64,000 nt of DNA. Origin: Caldora sp. GTDB lineage: Bacteria > Cyanobacteriota > Cyanobacteriia > Cyanobacteriales > Coleofasciculaceae. Positions 10,308-21,800 of the stretch are shown piece after piece (position 1 is the stretch's first letter; the number at the start of each line of letters is the position of its first letter). The position numbers and the translations under genes are program-made. Under the pieces are notes generated by a model. It worked only from the letters and a program-made list of their open reading frames with translations, had not been told where the DNA came from and did not search any database. The DNA lies in the NCBI GenBank assembly GCA_965222765.1, contig CBDCVG010000043.1, positions 97,053 to 161,052 of the forward strand. Reading direction: 5' to 3'.

Positions 10308-10462
10308 GGATGTGCTATGCACGTTTTTCTTCGTCGGCATTCCCCGCCCGTTAAGCCTATACGGCTATAACGGGTGACCCCTGCCGACATTAAGTTGGAA
10401 AAATTTTACCTCTTTTATTCAGGCAACATAATAGTATACATGTATTGTAATAGGGTACTAAG

Positions 10463-10482
10463 TAGGGCTTGCTGAATAAGTC
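10463..10482. repeat. Solo terminal repeat of MITE family 1 (TAGGGCTTGCTGAATAAGTC)
   Basis: Exact match to the element ends at 25637 and 29355. Confidence 0.5.
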
Positions 10483-10718
10483 CATTGATTCGGTTTTTTA
10501 AGTAATAAACGTGTCTCCTGTCTGAGCCTGATATGCTAGTCCAGAATCAAAACACTCTCGGGAGAATCCCATTGGTATGCGAAAGTTTTTGTGGAGAGTA
10601 TCGCTGGGTTTAGTCACGATTAGTATCCCAAAATTGGCAGTTCAGATCGATCTCGATTAGTAGGTTATTATCGTTAAATTAGTGTCTTCCTAATCTCTAA
10701 ATTCACCCAAAAAACTGG

Positions 10719-11675
10719 TTAGTGCCGATTATGGGGTGCATCGAAATCAATCATCGGGCCTTTGGGGACAATGCGGGTGGGGTTAATAAAAGGATGACTC
10801 TTATAATAGTGCTGCTTGATATGATCTAAATTGCACGTTTCCTTAACTCCTGGTTGCTGGTATAAATCCTTCAGATAGTTCCACAGATTGGGATAATCAA
10901 CGATACGCTGCCAATTACACTTGAAATGTACGTAGTAAACTGGATCAAAGCGTAAGAGAGTAGTGAACATACACCAGTCAGCTTCAGTAACGCGATCGCT
11001 ACATAGATAACGTTGCTTGCCTAAAACCCCTTCCCAATGCTCAAGAGCCTCAAATAGTTCAGTTACCGCTTCTTCATAGGCATTCTGCGTAGTAGCAAAT
11101 CCTGAACGATAAACACCATTGTTGATTGGTTGATAGATGGCATCAATTGTTTGATCTATTTCTGCTTGTAGATCATATGGATAGAAGCTAACATCAGAAT
11201 TTGCGATCGCTGCAAACTCTGTGTCAAACATCCGAATAATCTCACGAGATTCATTGTTAACAATTGTGCTAGTTTTTTTATCCCAGAGTATTGGTACTGT
11301 TACTCGTCCTGTACATTGAGGATCAGCTTTAACATATATTTCTCGGAGATAACGAGCGCCATTGATTGTATCAGGGATGCAACCTGGAGCCTCAGAAAAT
11401 TCCCATCCTTCCTCATCCATCAACGGATCAACAATAGAAAGAGTAATTGCCTCTTCTAAACCTTTCAATTTCCGCATAATCAGAGTGCGGTGCGCCCAAG
11501 GACAGGCATAGGAAACATAAAGATGGTAGCGACCAGATTCTGGTTTAAAATCTGTAGAGCCGTTAGCCTTAACCCAGTTGCGAAACTTAGTAGGATTCCG
11601 CATAAATCTTCCCTGGGCGTCTTGTTTGTATACTTCATGAGTCCATTGCCCATTAACTAGCATACCTGTTCCCAT
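10719..11675 (-). CDS. Xi-class glutathione S-transferase / glutathionyl-hydroquinone reductase (YqjG/ECM4-like)
   Basis: CPWA active-site motif (YACPWAHRT); 318 aa, typical of YqjG. Confidence 0.8.
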   Translation of the reverse strand: MGTGMLVNGQWTHEVYKQDAQGRFMRNPTKFRNWVKANGSTDFKPESGRYHLYVSYACPWAHRTLIMRKLKGLEEAITLSIVDPLMDEEGWEFSEAPGCIPDTINGARYLREIYVKADPQCTGRVTVPILWDKKTSTIVNNESREIIRMFDTEFAAIANSDVSFYPYDLQAEIDQTIDAIYQPINNGVYRSGFATTQNAYEEAVTELFEALEHWEGVLGKQRYLCSDRVTEADWCMFTTLLRFDPVYYVHFKCNWQRIVDYPNLWNYLKDLYQQPGVKETCNLDHIKQHYYKSHPFINPTRIVPKGPMIDFDAPHNRH

Positions 11676-11781
11676 ATTTTCCTCCTCAACAAGAAACCTA
11701 TACCCCTTTTTTGGGTTACCTAAGTTTTAGGGTGATTTAGAATTTTAGAAGGCAGAGAATAATTCTTAATTCTCATTGCCA

Positions 11782-12072
11782 TTACTCTTCACTCATAATT
11801 TTGGGAACCCTGAAAAAATCACCATCGGGATCAGGAGCTTCTTTGAGGATTGCTTCTCGGTTAGAGTCGGGGCGTAGTTCATCCGCTCTAGTCACATTGC
11901 TGACATCAATTGCCCTGGTAGTAGGCGGTACATTATCAGTATCTAATTCACTCAATTGTTGAAAATAATCCAGAACACTACTCATGTCAGTAGCCATCTG
12001 TTCTTCTTCTTCCTCCGTCATTTCCAAACGGGCAAGATTAGCAACTTTGTGAACTTGTTCGCGGTCAATCAT
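11782..12072 (-). CDS. gatC: Asp-tRNA(Asn)/Glu-tRNA(Gln) amidotransferase subunit C
   Basis: 96 aa, NLARLEMTEEE...VLDYFQQL pattern of GatC. Confidence 0.75.
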   Translation of the reverse strand: MIDREQVHKVANLARLEMTEEEEEQMATDMSSVLDYFQQLSELDTDNVPPTTRAIDVSNVTRADELRPDSNREAILKEAPDPDGDFFRVPKIMSEE

Positions 12073-12141
12073 AATATTGGTTATTGGCTATTGGTTATTA
12101 GTCATTGGTCATTAGTCGTACAAAGAACAGACAACAAACAA

Positions 12142-12663
12142 CTAGAAGTAAACATCCATTGTTGAGCGCCCTGTCGTTTTCAACCAGTTTTGTGCCTCAA
12201 TGTAGTTGTTGGGAGCAAGACGAATCGCTTCTTTCCAATATTCAGCTGCTTTGCTGTAGTAATCTTCAGCTTTTTCTTCCTCTCCAGCCTCCTTTGCCTG
12301 TTCCCCTTGGTAGTGGTGAATCACCGCAATGTTGTTGAATGCTTGAGGTAGACGGGGATTGAGTTCAATTGCTTGATCGTATAAATCTAGAGCTTGCTCA
12401 TGTTTACCGTTGCTGGCGTAAATCAGCCCCATGTTATAAAGAATATAGCTGCGATCATAGGGGTCTTCCTCTAGGGTCAGAGCTTCGTTATAGTTATCTA
12501 AGGCTTCGGCATATTCCCCATCAGCCTGAGCAGACATGCCGTCACGGTAGTAGACAAAGGCTTCTTTGGCTTTTTTGTTGGTGGGCAGCACTTTCAGGAT
12601 GATGTCTGCCATCACCGTAAAGGATTTGTCAATAAAGTTATCGTTACGTTGAGTTCTTGGCAT
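12142..12663 (-). CDS. ycf3: Photosystem I assembly protein Ycf3 (TPR)
   Basis: [16 protein letters not shown]-terminus and three TPRs characteristic of Ycf3; 173 aa. Confidence 0.85.
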   Translation of the reverse strand: MPRTQRNDNFIDKSFTVMADIILKVLPTNKKAKEAFVYYRDGMSAQADGEYAEALDNYNEALTLEEDPYDRSYILYNMGLIYASNGKHEQALDLYDQAIELNPRLPQAFNNIAVIHHYQGEQAKEAGEEEKAEDYYSKAAEYWKEAIRLAPNNYIEAQNWLKTTGRSTMDVYF

Positions 12664-12941
12664 ACTAACCTTTACGTTGTTATTGCTTGTGGGAGTGGTT
12701 ACGCCACCATACCCTTGACATTGATGAAAGTTGGTTAAGATTCATCTTCATCAGTTTACTCTGAATTGAAGATTCGCACTTGGGCAGCCAACAATCAGCC
12801 ATTTCAGGTTTTGCGGAATTAGACATAGTTTTCGTCTCCCTGCTCCGTACTCCCACAGAATAATTATCATTTTTTAGGGATTGGGGAAGAGAAATGAAGT
12901 ATTAAGAATTAGGGAGTGGAAAAATATCTCTACAAAGAAAA

Positions 12942-13793
12942 ATGAAAATCTTCACTTATGCAATTATCTCATTGGGTATAGGGTTTACTCTTGCTTTGGG
13001 GGGATGTGGATTGCAAAAGACTGCCTCACAACCTAAGGAAATAGGCAATTTCAGTAGCTTTGTCGATTGGTGTGAAAATCAAAAAAATCTTTCTGAGGAG
13101 GCGAACAAGACGGTTGATATACTGTTGTTTATAGCTGATACTAAGCAATGTAGTAATGCTAGTGACAATCTTGCTAGCCTTACTGAACTCGACCTTGGCT
13201 ACAAGGAAATATCTGACCTCAGACCCCTTTCATCCCTAACTAATCTCACTACTCTCTACCTCAGTGCCAATGAAATCTCAGATCTCCGACCCCTTGCATC
13301 CCTAACTAACCTGACGAATCTCTATCTTAGGGATAATGACATATCCTACCTCAGTCCGATCAAATCCCTGACTAACTTGACAGGACTCGATCTTGCTGCT
13401 AACAAAATATCCGAATTAAGCCCCCTCAAATCTTTAACTAAGTTGACTGACTTAGTCCTCAGTGACAATAAAATAACCAACATCAGTCCTCTCGAATCCT
13501 TGACGAAGCTAGAAACAATCCACCTCAGCAACAATGAAATAACAGACATTAGTCCCCTCGAATCCCTGACGAAGCTAGAAACAATTCACCTCAGTGACAA
13601 TGAAATAGCAGACATTAGTCCCCTCGAATCCCTGACGAAGCTAGAAACAATTCACCTCAGTGACAATGAAATAGCAGACATCAGTACCCTTGCATCCCTG
13701 GCTAAACTAGAAAAAATCTATCTTAAAGGGAATCAACTAATTTATGAAACTTGCCCATTGGAGTCAGAGGAGGTTTGTCATTTTGATGAATAA
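12942..13793 (+). CDS. Leucine-rich-repeat lipoprotein (internalin-like LRRs); three near-identical 66-nt tandem repeats at about 13485-13700
   Basis: Signal peptide plus LALGGCG lipobox, then LxxLxxLxLxxNxIxDIxPL repeats. Confidence 0.8.
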   Translation: MKIFTYAIISLGIGFTLALGGCGLQKTASQPKEIGNFSSFVDWCENQKNLSEEANKTVDILLFIADTKQCSNASDNLASLTELDLGYKEISDLRPLSSLTNLTTLYLSANEISDLRPLASLTNLTNLYLRDNDISYLSPIKSLTNLTGLDLAANKISELSPLKSLTKLTDLVLSDNKITNISPLESLTKLETIHLSNNEITDISPLESLTKLETIHLSDNEIADISPLESLTKLETIHLSDNEIADISTLASLAKLEKIYLKGNQLIYETCPLESEEVCHFDE

Positions 13794-13970
13794 GCCTATG
13801 TGAAAAATATAAGATATTGCATCTCAAGGGGAGTATCCCAATTCCTGTTGCCTTGCTAAAACGCATTTAAAATGGGTTTTAGCTTATGAGTTCAAGATCC
13901 TTAGTTTGGTGGAAAATCTGATTCTCATAATAATCTTGAATTAGGGAAGATACTCTTTGACTCCAGCACT

Positions 13971-14156
13971 ATGATAACAATTCCTGGATATCACATTCTT
14001 GAGCTTATCTACGAAAGCTCGAAAACCCTGGTTTATCGAGGAATTTGTCAAACAGATCAACAGTCTGTCATTATCAAAGTGCTCAAAAGCGAGTATCCCA
14101 CACTTTGGGAACTTGTACGCTTTCACAATCAGTATAGGATTACCACAAAACCTTAA
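13971..14156 (+). pseudogene. Remnant N-terminus of a Ser/Thr protein kinase domain (Gly loop plus VIIK subdomains I-II), decayed further downstream
   Basis: MITIPGYHILELIYESSKTLVYRGI...SVIIKVLKSEYPTLWELVRFHNQY matches the conserved start of cyanobacterial multi-domain STK-AAA-GAF-HK proteins. The reading frame breaks after subdomain II. Confidence 0.6.
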
Positions 14157-14488
14157 CCTGCCTGGAAATTGTTCAACCCATAGCTTTTGTCAACTACCGC
14201 AATGGCTTTGCTTACTCCTACCATTCTTATCTAATTGGTAAAAGAATTAGGAGAGCTGGAAGAGGAAAATGGCATCTTACAGTACGCTGATGAGTCAACT
14301 CAACCAAGAAAACTGCCCTTAATTGGAATCAAATTTTTTCGACAAAACGGTATTGAATTTGCAAGGTAGAGCTGGAGGAGATAGGGAGACAGGGAGACAG
14401 GGAGACGGGGAGCTGAGGGAGAGGCAAAAGGAGGATGTTTCGGATTCTTCAGCAAGCAAAACATCTAGCAATAATCCGTGCTTGTTAA

Positions 14489-17400
14489 TTGGAGATGCCT
14501 ATAATGAAACAAATCAAGCTAGAACAGCATCAATCAGCTAGCGATCGCACCGGACTATACTACTTATATTGGAATAAACTAACCCTCTGTTATTTGTTTG
14601 GAGATTACCAGCAAGCAGTTGAAAATGCTCAGGAAGCTCAACAGTATATAGATGGAGTTGCTGGTTCGCTCCTTATTCCCTTCTTCCATTTCTATGACTC
14701 TCTTTCCTTGTTAGCACTGTATTCTCAAACTTCTGAACCAGAGCAAGAAGAAATTTTACTAAATTCGGATCAATATCTCCTTTGTTCACAGAAACAGCAG
14801 GGAGCAGGGAGCAGGGAGCAGGGAGTAGAGAGAGAGAAAAACTCCAAAAATCATCAAAGGAGTTTTTGTCAGAGATCTAGTATTTTTGACAGGATAGCCG
14901 CTAATCAGCAAAAAATGCAGCAATGGGCAGACTATGCACCACTGAATTTTTTGCATAAATTTGAGTTAGTGGAAGCAGAGCGGTATCGAATCAGGGGTAA
15001 AAAGATGGAGGCAATGGAGTATTATGACCGTGCCATTGCTGGTGCTGCTACTAACGAATATATCCAAGAAGAAGCCTTAGCTAACGAACTGGCAGCTAAA
15101 TTTTATCTAGCATGGGGTAAGCCCAAGATTGCCCAAGTCTATTTGACAGATGCCTACTACGGCTACGCTTGCTGGGGAGCTAAAGCGAAAGTTGAGCAAT
15201 TAGAAAAACACTATTCCCAATTCCTCGCTCCCATTATGACTAGGGAAAGAGGTAGTCTGACAGATGATACTGTCTCCAACTTAAGCACTGAAGCCATCAC
15301 TTCTAGCAGTAGCAATGATTCAGCTATTCTGGATTTGGCAGCAGTGATGAAAGCTTCCCAACTGCTCTCTGGCGAAATTCACCTGGCTCCCTTGCTCTCC
15401 ACTTTGCTGGAAGTAATGATGGAAAATGCCGGAGCTCAGAAAGGTTCTCTGCTGTTACTTGAAGCGGATAATTTAATTATTGCAGCCCAATGTATCACTG
15501 GTCAACAGTGTAACCTCCAACCAATTCCCTTGGAATCCAGTGGTGAGATTTCCCACGCCGCGATTAATTATGTTTGGCTTACTCAACAAATTTTCGTAAG
15601 TAATGAGGCAACAGCAGAAACGAGCTTAGTTGCCGATCCTTACATTATCAATGTGCAGCCTAAATCTCTGTTGTGTCTACCCATTATCCAACAAGGCAAA
15701 CTAGTTGGTATTCTTTACCTGGAAAATAACCTGACGGCAGGAGCATTTACCAACGATCGTATCGAAATTTTACAACTCCTGTGTACTCAAGCTGCTATTA
15801 CCTTGGACAATGCCCAGCTTTACCAACAGCTAGAAGAATATTCTCACACCTTAGAGAAGAAAGTCCAAGAGCGTACTCAGCAATTGCAAGAGGAAATTCA
15901 AGAACGACAGCAAGTAGAAGAAACCCTCAAGCAACTGAATCAAAAGCTAAAAACCAAATTTGAAGAACTTGGACAAATGAATTTGGCTCTAGCAAACGCC
16001 ATGCCAGGAATTGCTAAACTCAGCACTGAAGGTCATTATCTAGAAGTCAATAACTCCTATGCTCAAATAGTTGGCTACCAACCAGAGGAAATGCTGGGAA
16101 TCAACTGGGAGATAACCGTTCATCCTGAGGATATACCAATTGCAATCGCTGCCTACAAAAAGATGCTAATTGAGGGTAAAGGGGAGTTTGAAGCTAGGGG
16201 AGTTCGCCGGGATAGTTCTATTTTCTACAAACAAGTGTTAATGGTGAAAGCTGATGTGAATCTTGCTGGTTTTGAGGGTCACTACTGCTTTTTCAAGGAT
16301 ATAAGCGAACGGAAACAGGCGGAGGAGGCACTAAGAGAGAGCGAAGAACGCTATCGCTCCCTTTATGAACATACCCCAGTTATGTTGCATTCTATCGACT
16401 CCATGGGCAAATTAATCAGTGTCAGTAACTATTGGCTGAAAAAGCTAGGTTATGAGCGCTCCGAAGTTCTTGGGAGAAAATCTACAGAATTTTTGACAGA
16501 AGAGTCTCGCCGTTATGCTAAAGAAGTGATGATGCCTAAATTTTTTCGGGCAGGAAGTTGTTTAGAAATTCCTTATCAGTTTGTCTGCAAAAATGGCAAA
16601 ATTATTGATGTACTCCTTTCTGCTATTACTGAACAGGATAAATCTGGCAAGATAGTTCGTTCCCTAGCAGTTTTAGTCGATGTAACCAAACGTAAGCAAG
16701 CCGAGAAAGCACTGCAACAGGCCAAAGAAGCTGCTGAAGTTGCTAACCAAGCCAAAAGCCAATTTTTAGCTAACATGAGTCACGAATTGCGTACTCCCCT
16801 CAACGGCATTCTCGGCTATACTCAAATTCTGCAACGTTCCCAGGAACTCAACTCCCAGCAACAAAAAGGTATTGATACCATCCACGCCTGCGGCAGTCAT
16901 TTGCTGACTCTGATTAACGATATTTTAGACATCTCCAAAATCGAAGCCGGGAAAATGGAACTCTCTCCCGAAAATTTCCACTTTCCTAACTTTTTGCGCA
17001 GTGTTGTCGAAATCTGCCACATCCGTGCTCAACAACAAGAAATTACTTTTACCTACCAATTCTCTAATCAACTACCTACCGCTGTCTATACAGATGAAAA
17101 ACGACTCAGGCAAGTTTTGATTAATTTGTTGAGTAATGCGATCAAATTTACCAATACTGGTAGCGTTAATTTTAACGTAAGTGTCATTAGTCATTGGTCA
17201 ACAGCCAACAACCAACAACCAACAACAAATAACCAACAACAAATAACCAACAACAAAATTCGGTTTGAGATTGAAGACACTGGTATTGGTATCGCAGTAG
17301 AAGAGCTAGAAAAAATCTTTGAACCCTTTGAACAAGTAGGACACAGCAGCCACAAAGCAGAAGGAACTGGACTAGGATTAGCCATTACCCAGAAAATTGT

Positions 17401-18205
17401 CTCTCAGATGGGAGGGCAACTCCAAGTCGAAAGTACCTTAGGAGTTGGTAGTACCTTTTGGTTCGATATAGAATTACCCCAATCCTCAAAATTAATTGAA
17501 CTACCGATTGTCAATTACTCCAACAAGATAATTGGCTACCAGGGTGACAAGAAAAAAATTCTGGTGGTAGATGATTGCTGGGAAAATCGTGCAGTTCTTG
17601 TTAATTTTCTCGAACCTATCGGCTTTGAAATGAGGGAGGTAACAAACGGAATAGAAGGTTTAGAGCAAGCCAAAGAATTTCAACCAGATTTAATGATCAT
17701 TGACCTAGTGATGCCAGTGATGGATGGTTTTGAGCTAACCCGATCTCTGCGCCAGTTACCAGAATTTAAAGAGACAATTTTGATTGCTTCTTCGGCGAGT
17801 GTTTCTGAGTTTTATCAGCAACAAAGTCAGGAAATAGCTTGTAATTATTTCCTACCTAAGCCTATACAAACAGGAGATTTACTGACCCAAATCAGAAATT
17901 TCTTAAAATTAATCTGGGTATATGATGATACTGAGAAATTATTCAGCCAGCAGCAATCTAATGGCTATAATTCAGTCAGAGAAATTCAAGTAACAAACAT
18001 TATACCTCCTGCTGTTGAGGAACTAAATATCTTGTATGACTTAGCCAGAAAAGGTTGGATCGACAACCTCATTGAGCAGGGGGAGAAATTGAAAAATTTG
18101 GATAATAAATATGTGCCCTTTGCTCAACAACTTCAGGAATTAGCTAAAGAATTTAAAATCAAGAAAATTAGAGAATTTCTGGAACAATATATCAGGAGTA
18201 GTTAG
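14489..18205 (+). CDS. Hybrid sensor histidine kinase (TPR-like region, GAF, PAS/PAC x2, HisKA, HATPase_c, REC, conserved C-terminal extension), N-terminally truncated relative to the ancestral STK-AAA form
   Basis: H-box SHELRTPLNGILGY. The C-terminal REC has D in IIDLVMP. The N-terminal 250 aa match the post-AAA TPR region of giant kinases. In-frame STRRs lie inside the ORF. Confidence 0.85.
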   Translation: MEMPIMKQIKLEQHQSASDRTGLYYLYWNKLTLCYLFGDYQQAVENAQEAQQYIDGVAGSLLIPFFHFYDSLSLLALYSQTSEPEQEEILLNSDQYLLCSQKQQGAGSREQGVEREKNSKNHQRSFCQRSSIFDRIAANQQKMQQWADYAPLNFLHKFELVEAERYRIRGKKMEAMEYYDRAIAGAATNEYIQEEALANELAAKFYLAWGKPKIAQVYLTDAYYGYACWGAKAKVEQLEKHYSQFLAPIMTRERGSLTDDTVSNLSTEAITSSSSNDSAILDLAAVMKASQLLSGEIHLAPLLSTLLEVMMENAGAQKGSLLLLEADNLIIAAQCITGQQCNLQPIPLESSGEISHAAINYVWLTQQIFVSNEATAETSLVADPYIINVQPKSLLCLPIIQQGKLVGILYLENNLTAGAFTNDRIEILQLLCTQAAITLDNAQLYQQLEEYSHTLEKKVQERTQQLQEEIQERQQVEETLKQLNQKLKTKFEELGQMNLALANAMPGIAKLSTEGHYLEVNNSYAQIVGYQPEEMLGINWEITVHPEDIPIAIAAYKKMLIEGKGEFEARGVRRDSSIFYKQVLMVKADVNLAGFEGHYCFFKDISERKQAEEALRESEERYRSLYEHTPVMLHSIDSMGKLISVSNYWLKKLGYERSEVLGRKSTEFLTEESRRYAKEVMMPKFFRAGSCLEIPYQFVCKNGKIIDVLLSAITEQDKSGKIVRSLAVLVDVTKRKQAEKALQQAKEAAEVANQAKSQFLANMSHELRTPLNGILGYTQILQRSQELNSQQQKGIDTIHACGSHLLTLINDILDISKIEAGKMELSPENFHFPNFLRSVVEICHIRAQQQEITFTYQFSNQLPTAVYTDEKRLRQVLINLLSNAIKFTNTGSVNFNVSVISHWSTANNQQPTTNNQQQITNNKIRFEIEDTGIGIAVEELEKIFEPFEQVGHSSHKAEGTGLGLAITQKIVSQMGGQLQVESTLGVGSTFWFDIELPQSSKLIELPIVNYSNKIIGYQGDKKKILVVDDCWENRAVLVNFLEPIGFEMREVTNGIEGLEQAKEFQPDLMIIDLVMPVMDGFELTRSLRQLPEFKETILIASSASVSEFYQQQSQEIACNYFLPKPIQTGDLLTQIRNFLKLIWVYDDTEKLFSQQQSNGYNSVREIQVTNIIPPAVEELNILYDLARKGWIDNLIEQGEKLKNLDNKYVPFAQQLQELAKEFKIKKIREFLEQYIRSS

Positions 18206-18263
18206 CTATAGTTTAACTCATCGAGTCTATTGAGAAAGGGTTTTGAAGTAATGAGCGTTAGAA

Positions 18264-18293
18264 GGCAGGAGGCAGGAGGCAGGAGGCAGGAGG
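18264..18293. repeat. STRR heptamer array (GGCAGGA x4)
   Basis: Read directly from the sequence. Confidence 0.85.
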
Positions 18294-18299
18294 AATAAG

Positions 18300-18560
18300 A
18301 GTTTTTTCTACCTAAAAAGAAGCCAGAAACTAGTCATATCAAGGAATTTCTACTTCTTTTTTCATTTTTAGTTTCTCGAGAGTAATAAGTGAATTATACC
18401 AAATCCGCTTTAGCTAGACCACAAATATGTCAACTAAAAGTCATGTATATCAAGCTTTGCTCAATAAGATATATGGTCTGTAGTAACCGGATTTGGTATT
18501 ACCCCTCGATTAGCTTCCAGATTTTTTCCATTGTGCAAGGGTTTGATACGACATTTGGTA
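18300..18560. repeat. Dispersed repeat family 2, copy 2, interrupted by a nested ~105-bp mini-MITE (18394-18498; 12-bp TIR ataccaaatccg / cggatttggtat)
   Basis: Aligning with copy 1 (6296-6470) shows the insertion between gaatta and cccttg. Confidence 0.5.
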
Positions 18561-18873
18561 TTTCACACTGTAATACGTGATAATGACGATTATTGGGTAG
18601 CTCGGTGAACAGAAACACTAAAGTATGCAAGTATTTATACGTAAAAAATTCGCCAAGCTACCCAGAATCTGCATACTACTTTAATACTACATATTGAAGT
18701 GCGGAATGTATATATGAGACCCATTAAAAGAGCCAACGTGCCAAATTGGGATGCTCCCGCGAATCTTTCCTCTATGGTAGCGATCGCCTTTTCGATTTAA
18801 ATTTTCCATTGCTGATTGACCGATGTATTCCAATGAGAACAAGAGCAACTAGCTTAACAGGGAAAAGAGCCGT

Positions 18874-21800
18874 ATGAGAGGTGACTGTATATCTAGCCTA
18901 ATAACTCAAACTTTTACTGCTATCGGTACTAGTAGTTCAGCTGTTCTGGACTTGACAAAGGTAATCAAAGCTTCCCAAGCTTTCTTTGAGGAAATTTACC
19001 TGGCTCCTTTGCTCTCCACTGTGCTCCAAGTAATGATGGAAAATGCCGGAGCAGACAAAGGGGCTCTGCTGTTACTCGAAGCTGATAACCTGGTTATTGC
19101 TGCTCAATGTATTAGTGGTCAACAGTGCAACCTTCAACCAATCCCCATTGAGTCTAGCTCTAAGCTTCCCATCACTGCCATTAACTATGTCTGGCACACT
19201 CAACAAACTTTGGTAAGTAACGAGGTAAAAGCAGAAACTTTCTTGGCAGCTGATTCTTACATCATCGGTACACAACCCCAATCTTTGTTGTGCTTACCTA
19301 TAATTCACCAAAGCAAACTCATTGGCATCCTTTACCTGGAAAATCAGCTGACAGCGGGTATTTTTACCAGCAATCGCCTCGAAATTCTCAAACTCCTCTG
19401 TGCTCAAACTGCCATTGCTCTGGAAAATGCTCGACTTTACCAACAGCTAGAAGCATATTCTGAAACCCTCGAACAGAAAGTTCAAAAGCGCACTCACGAA
19501 TTACAGCAAGAAATTAGAGGGCGCCAGGAAGTAGATTCAGCACTCCGTCTCTCAGAGGAAAAGTTTGCTAAAGCCTTTCTTTGTAGTCCTAATGCCATTA
19601 CAATTACTTCCCTGAGTGATGGCAAACACCTTGAGGTCAACGATAGTTTCTGTAGTTTTACTGGTTACTCTGCTGAAGAAATCCTTGGTTATACAGCAAT
19701 GGAGCTGAATCTGTGGGTCAATGCAGAAGACCGTGATCGCTTATTCAATGCTATACAAGATACAAAGGTTATTCGCAACTATGAATTCGATTTCCGCACT
19801 AAATCAGGAGCTGTGAGAACAGCGCTCTTATCAGCAGAAATTATCACTCTTCACGGACAAAAATGCCTACTTTCCCTTTCCAATGATATCACTGAGCGCC
19901 AGCAAGCATCCAAATCACTGGCTCAATTGAATCTAGCTCTGGCAAATGCTATGCCAGGAATTGCTAAACTCAGTACCGAAGGTCGTTATGTGGAAGTCAA
20001 TGACTCCTATGCCAAAATTGCAGGTTACGAACCCGAAGAAATGATTGGGGTGCAATGGCAAGAAAGCATTTATCCTGAAGATCTACCCATTGCGATCGCT
20101 GCCTATGAAAGGATGTTAGTAGAAGGCAAAGCTGAATTTGAAGCCAGAGGAGTTCGCCAAGATGGCTCTATTTTCTACAAACAAGTCCTAATGGTAAAAG
20201 CTGATCTTAACCGTGCAGGCTTTGAAGGTCACTACTGCTTTTACAAAGATATCAGCGATGCCTATCAGCGAGCGGAACAACGCAGACAAACAGAAGCTGC
20301 TCTAGAGCACCAAAATCAACAACTCCAGCAAGAAATCTCAGAGCGTCAACGCATAGAGGCAATGCTTGATGGACAAAATCGTATCCTCGAACTAATTGCC
20401 AAAGGAAAGCCTCTCTCAGAGATCTTAGATAGCCTAGCACAGTTTATTGAATGGCTTTCAGGTGAGGCTTTATGTTCTTTTCTGCTACTGGAGAGCAATA
20501 CAGGAAAACTTCGACATGGTGCTGCTCCTAGTCTACCAGATAGCTATAACCAAGCAGTTGATGGTATAGCTATTGGTCCTAAGGTGGGGTCTTGTGGTAC
20601 AGCGGCTTACTCCAAGAAAACGGTGATTGTCTCAGATATTGCGACTAATTACCTGTGGGAAGATTTTAAAGATTTAGCATTACAGTACAATCTTCGTGCC
20701 TGTTGGTCTACACCAGTTATTGCTAGGGAAGAAGTGCTGGGTACTTTCGCCATGTATTACGGCGAATCAAAAACCCCTAGTCCTGAAACTCAAAAGTTGA
20801 TTGACAAAGCGACTTATTTAGCAAGAATAGCAATCGAACACGACAGAACTACGCAAGCTTTGCAACAGGCAAAAGAAGCTGCTGATGCTGCCAACCGAGC
20901 CAAAAGCCAATTTTTAACCAATATGAGCCACGAACTACGCACTCCCCTCAACGGCATTCTCGGCTATACTCAACTTTTCCAACGTTCTGCTGAACTCACA
21001 CCCCAGCAACAAAAAGGCATCAACACCATTCACACTTGCGGCACTCACCTGCTTACCTTAATTAACGATATTTTAGACCTCTCCAAAATCGAAGTAGAGA
21101 AAATGGAACTCTACCCCCACGACTTTCATTTGCCTAACTTCTTATGGGGAGTGACACAAATGTGTCAGATTCGCGCTCAACAAAAAGGAATTACTTTTGC
21201 CTACCAACCCAGTAATCAACTACCGACTGCTGTTCATGCTGATGAAAAACGGCTGCGGCAAGTGTTGATTAACCTGCTGGGTAATGCCATTAAATTTACC
21301 GATAGTGGTGGTGTAACTTTTAAGGTAAGTGTTATTAGTCAAGAGCAAAGGACAAATGACGTAGGACAAATGACTAATCAAATCAGGTTTGAGGTAGAAG
21401 ATACTGGTATTGGTATAGCCACAGAGGAACTAGAAAAAATCTTTGAGCCTTTTGAGCAAGTGGGAGACAATCAGCATAAATCAGAAGGCACCGGACTGGG
21501 ATTAGCCATCACCAAGAAAATTATCTCTCTGATGGGAAGCCAACTCCAAGTCGAAACTACCTTGGGAGATGGTAGCACCTTTTGGTTCGAGCTAGAATTA
21601 CCCCAAGCCTCAGAATCGATGCAGTTAAGAACTCAGAGTTCTTTGAGGGAAATAATTGGCTATCAAGGGGATAGGAAGAAAATTCTTGTGGTAGATGACT
21701 ACGATGAAAATCGTTTGGTTTTCGTCAAGTTGCTCGAACCCCTTGGCTTTGAAATTAGAGAAGCATCTAACGCAGAAGAAGCTGTAGAGCAAGGGATTAA

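Larger units (their letters stand above)
8546..10400. mobile_element. IS200/IS605-family insertion sequence (divergent tnpA plus frameshifted tnpB, imperfect hairpins at both ends)
   Basis: RE-side hairpin ccccgctaacccttgcgggtataacggggg at 8573-8610. LE-side hairpin cccgttaagcctatacggctataacggg at 10345-10385. The element sits directly upstream of the decarboxylase start codon. Confidence 0.7.

Noticed and set aside
12105-12602. Plus-strand ORFs 12105-12338 and 12369-12602
   Set aside because: Antisense to ycf3 and gatC, with Cys/Leu-rich products. Spurious.
13999-14241. 80-aa and 61-aa ORFs (13941-14126 minus, 13999-14241 plus)
   Set aside because: They overlap the decayed Ser/Thr-kinase remnant and are alternative-frame artefacts of that pseudogene region.
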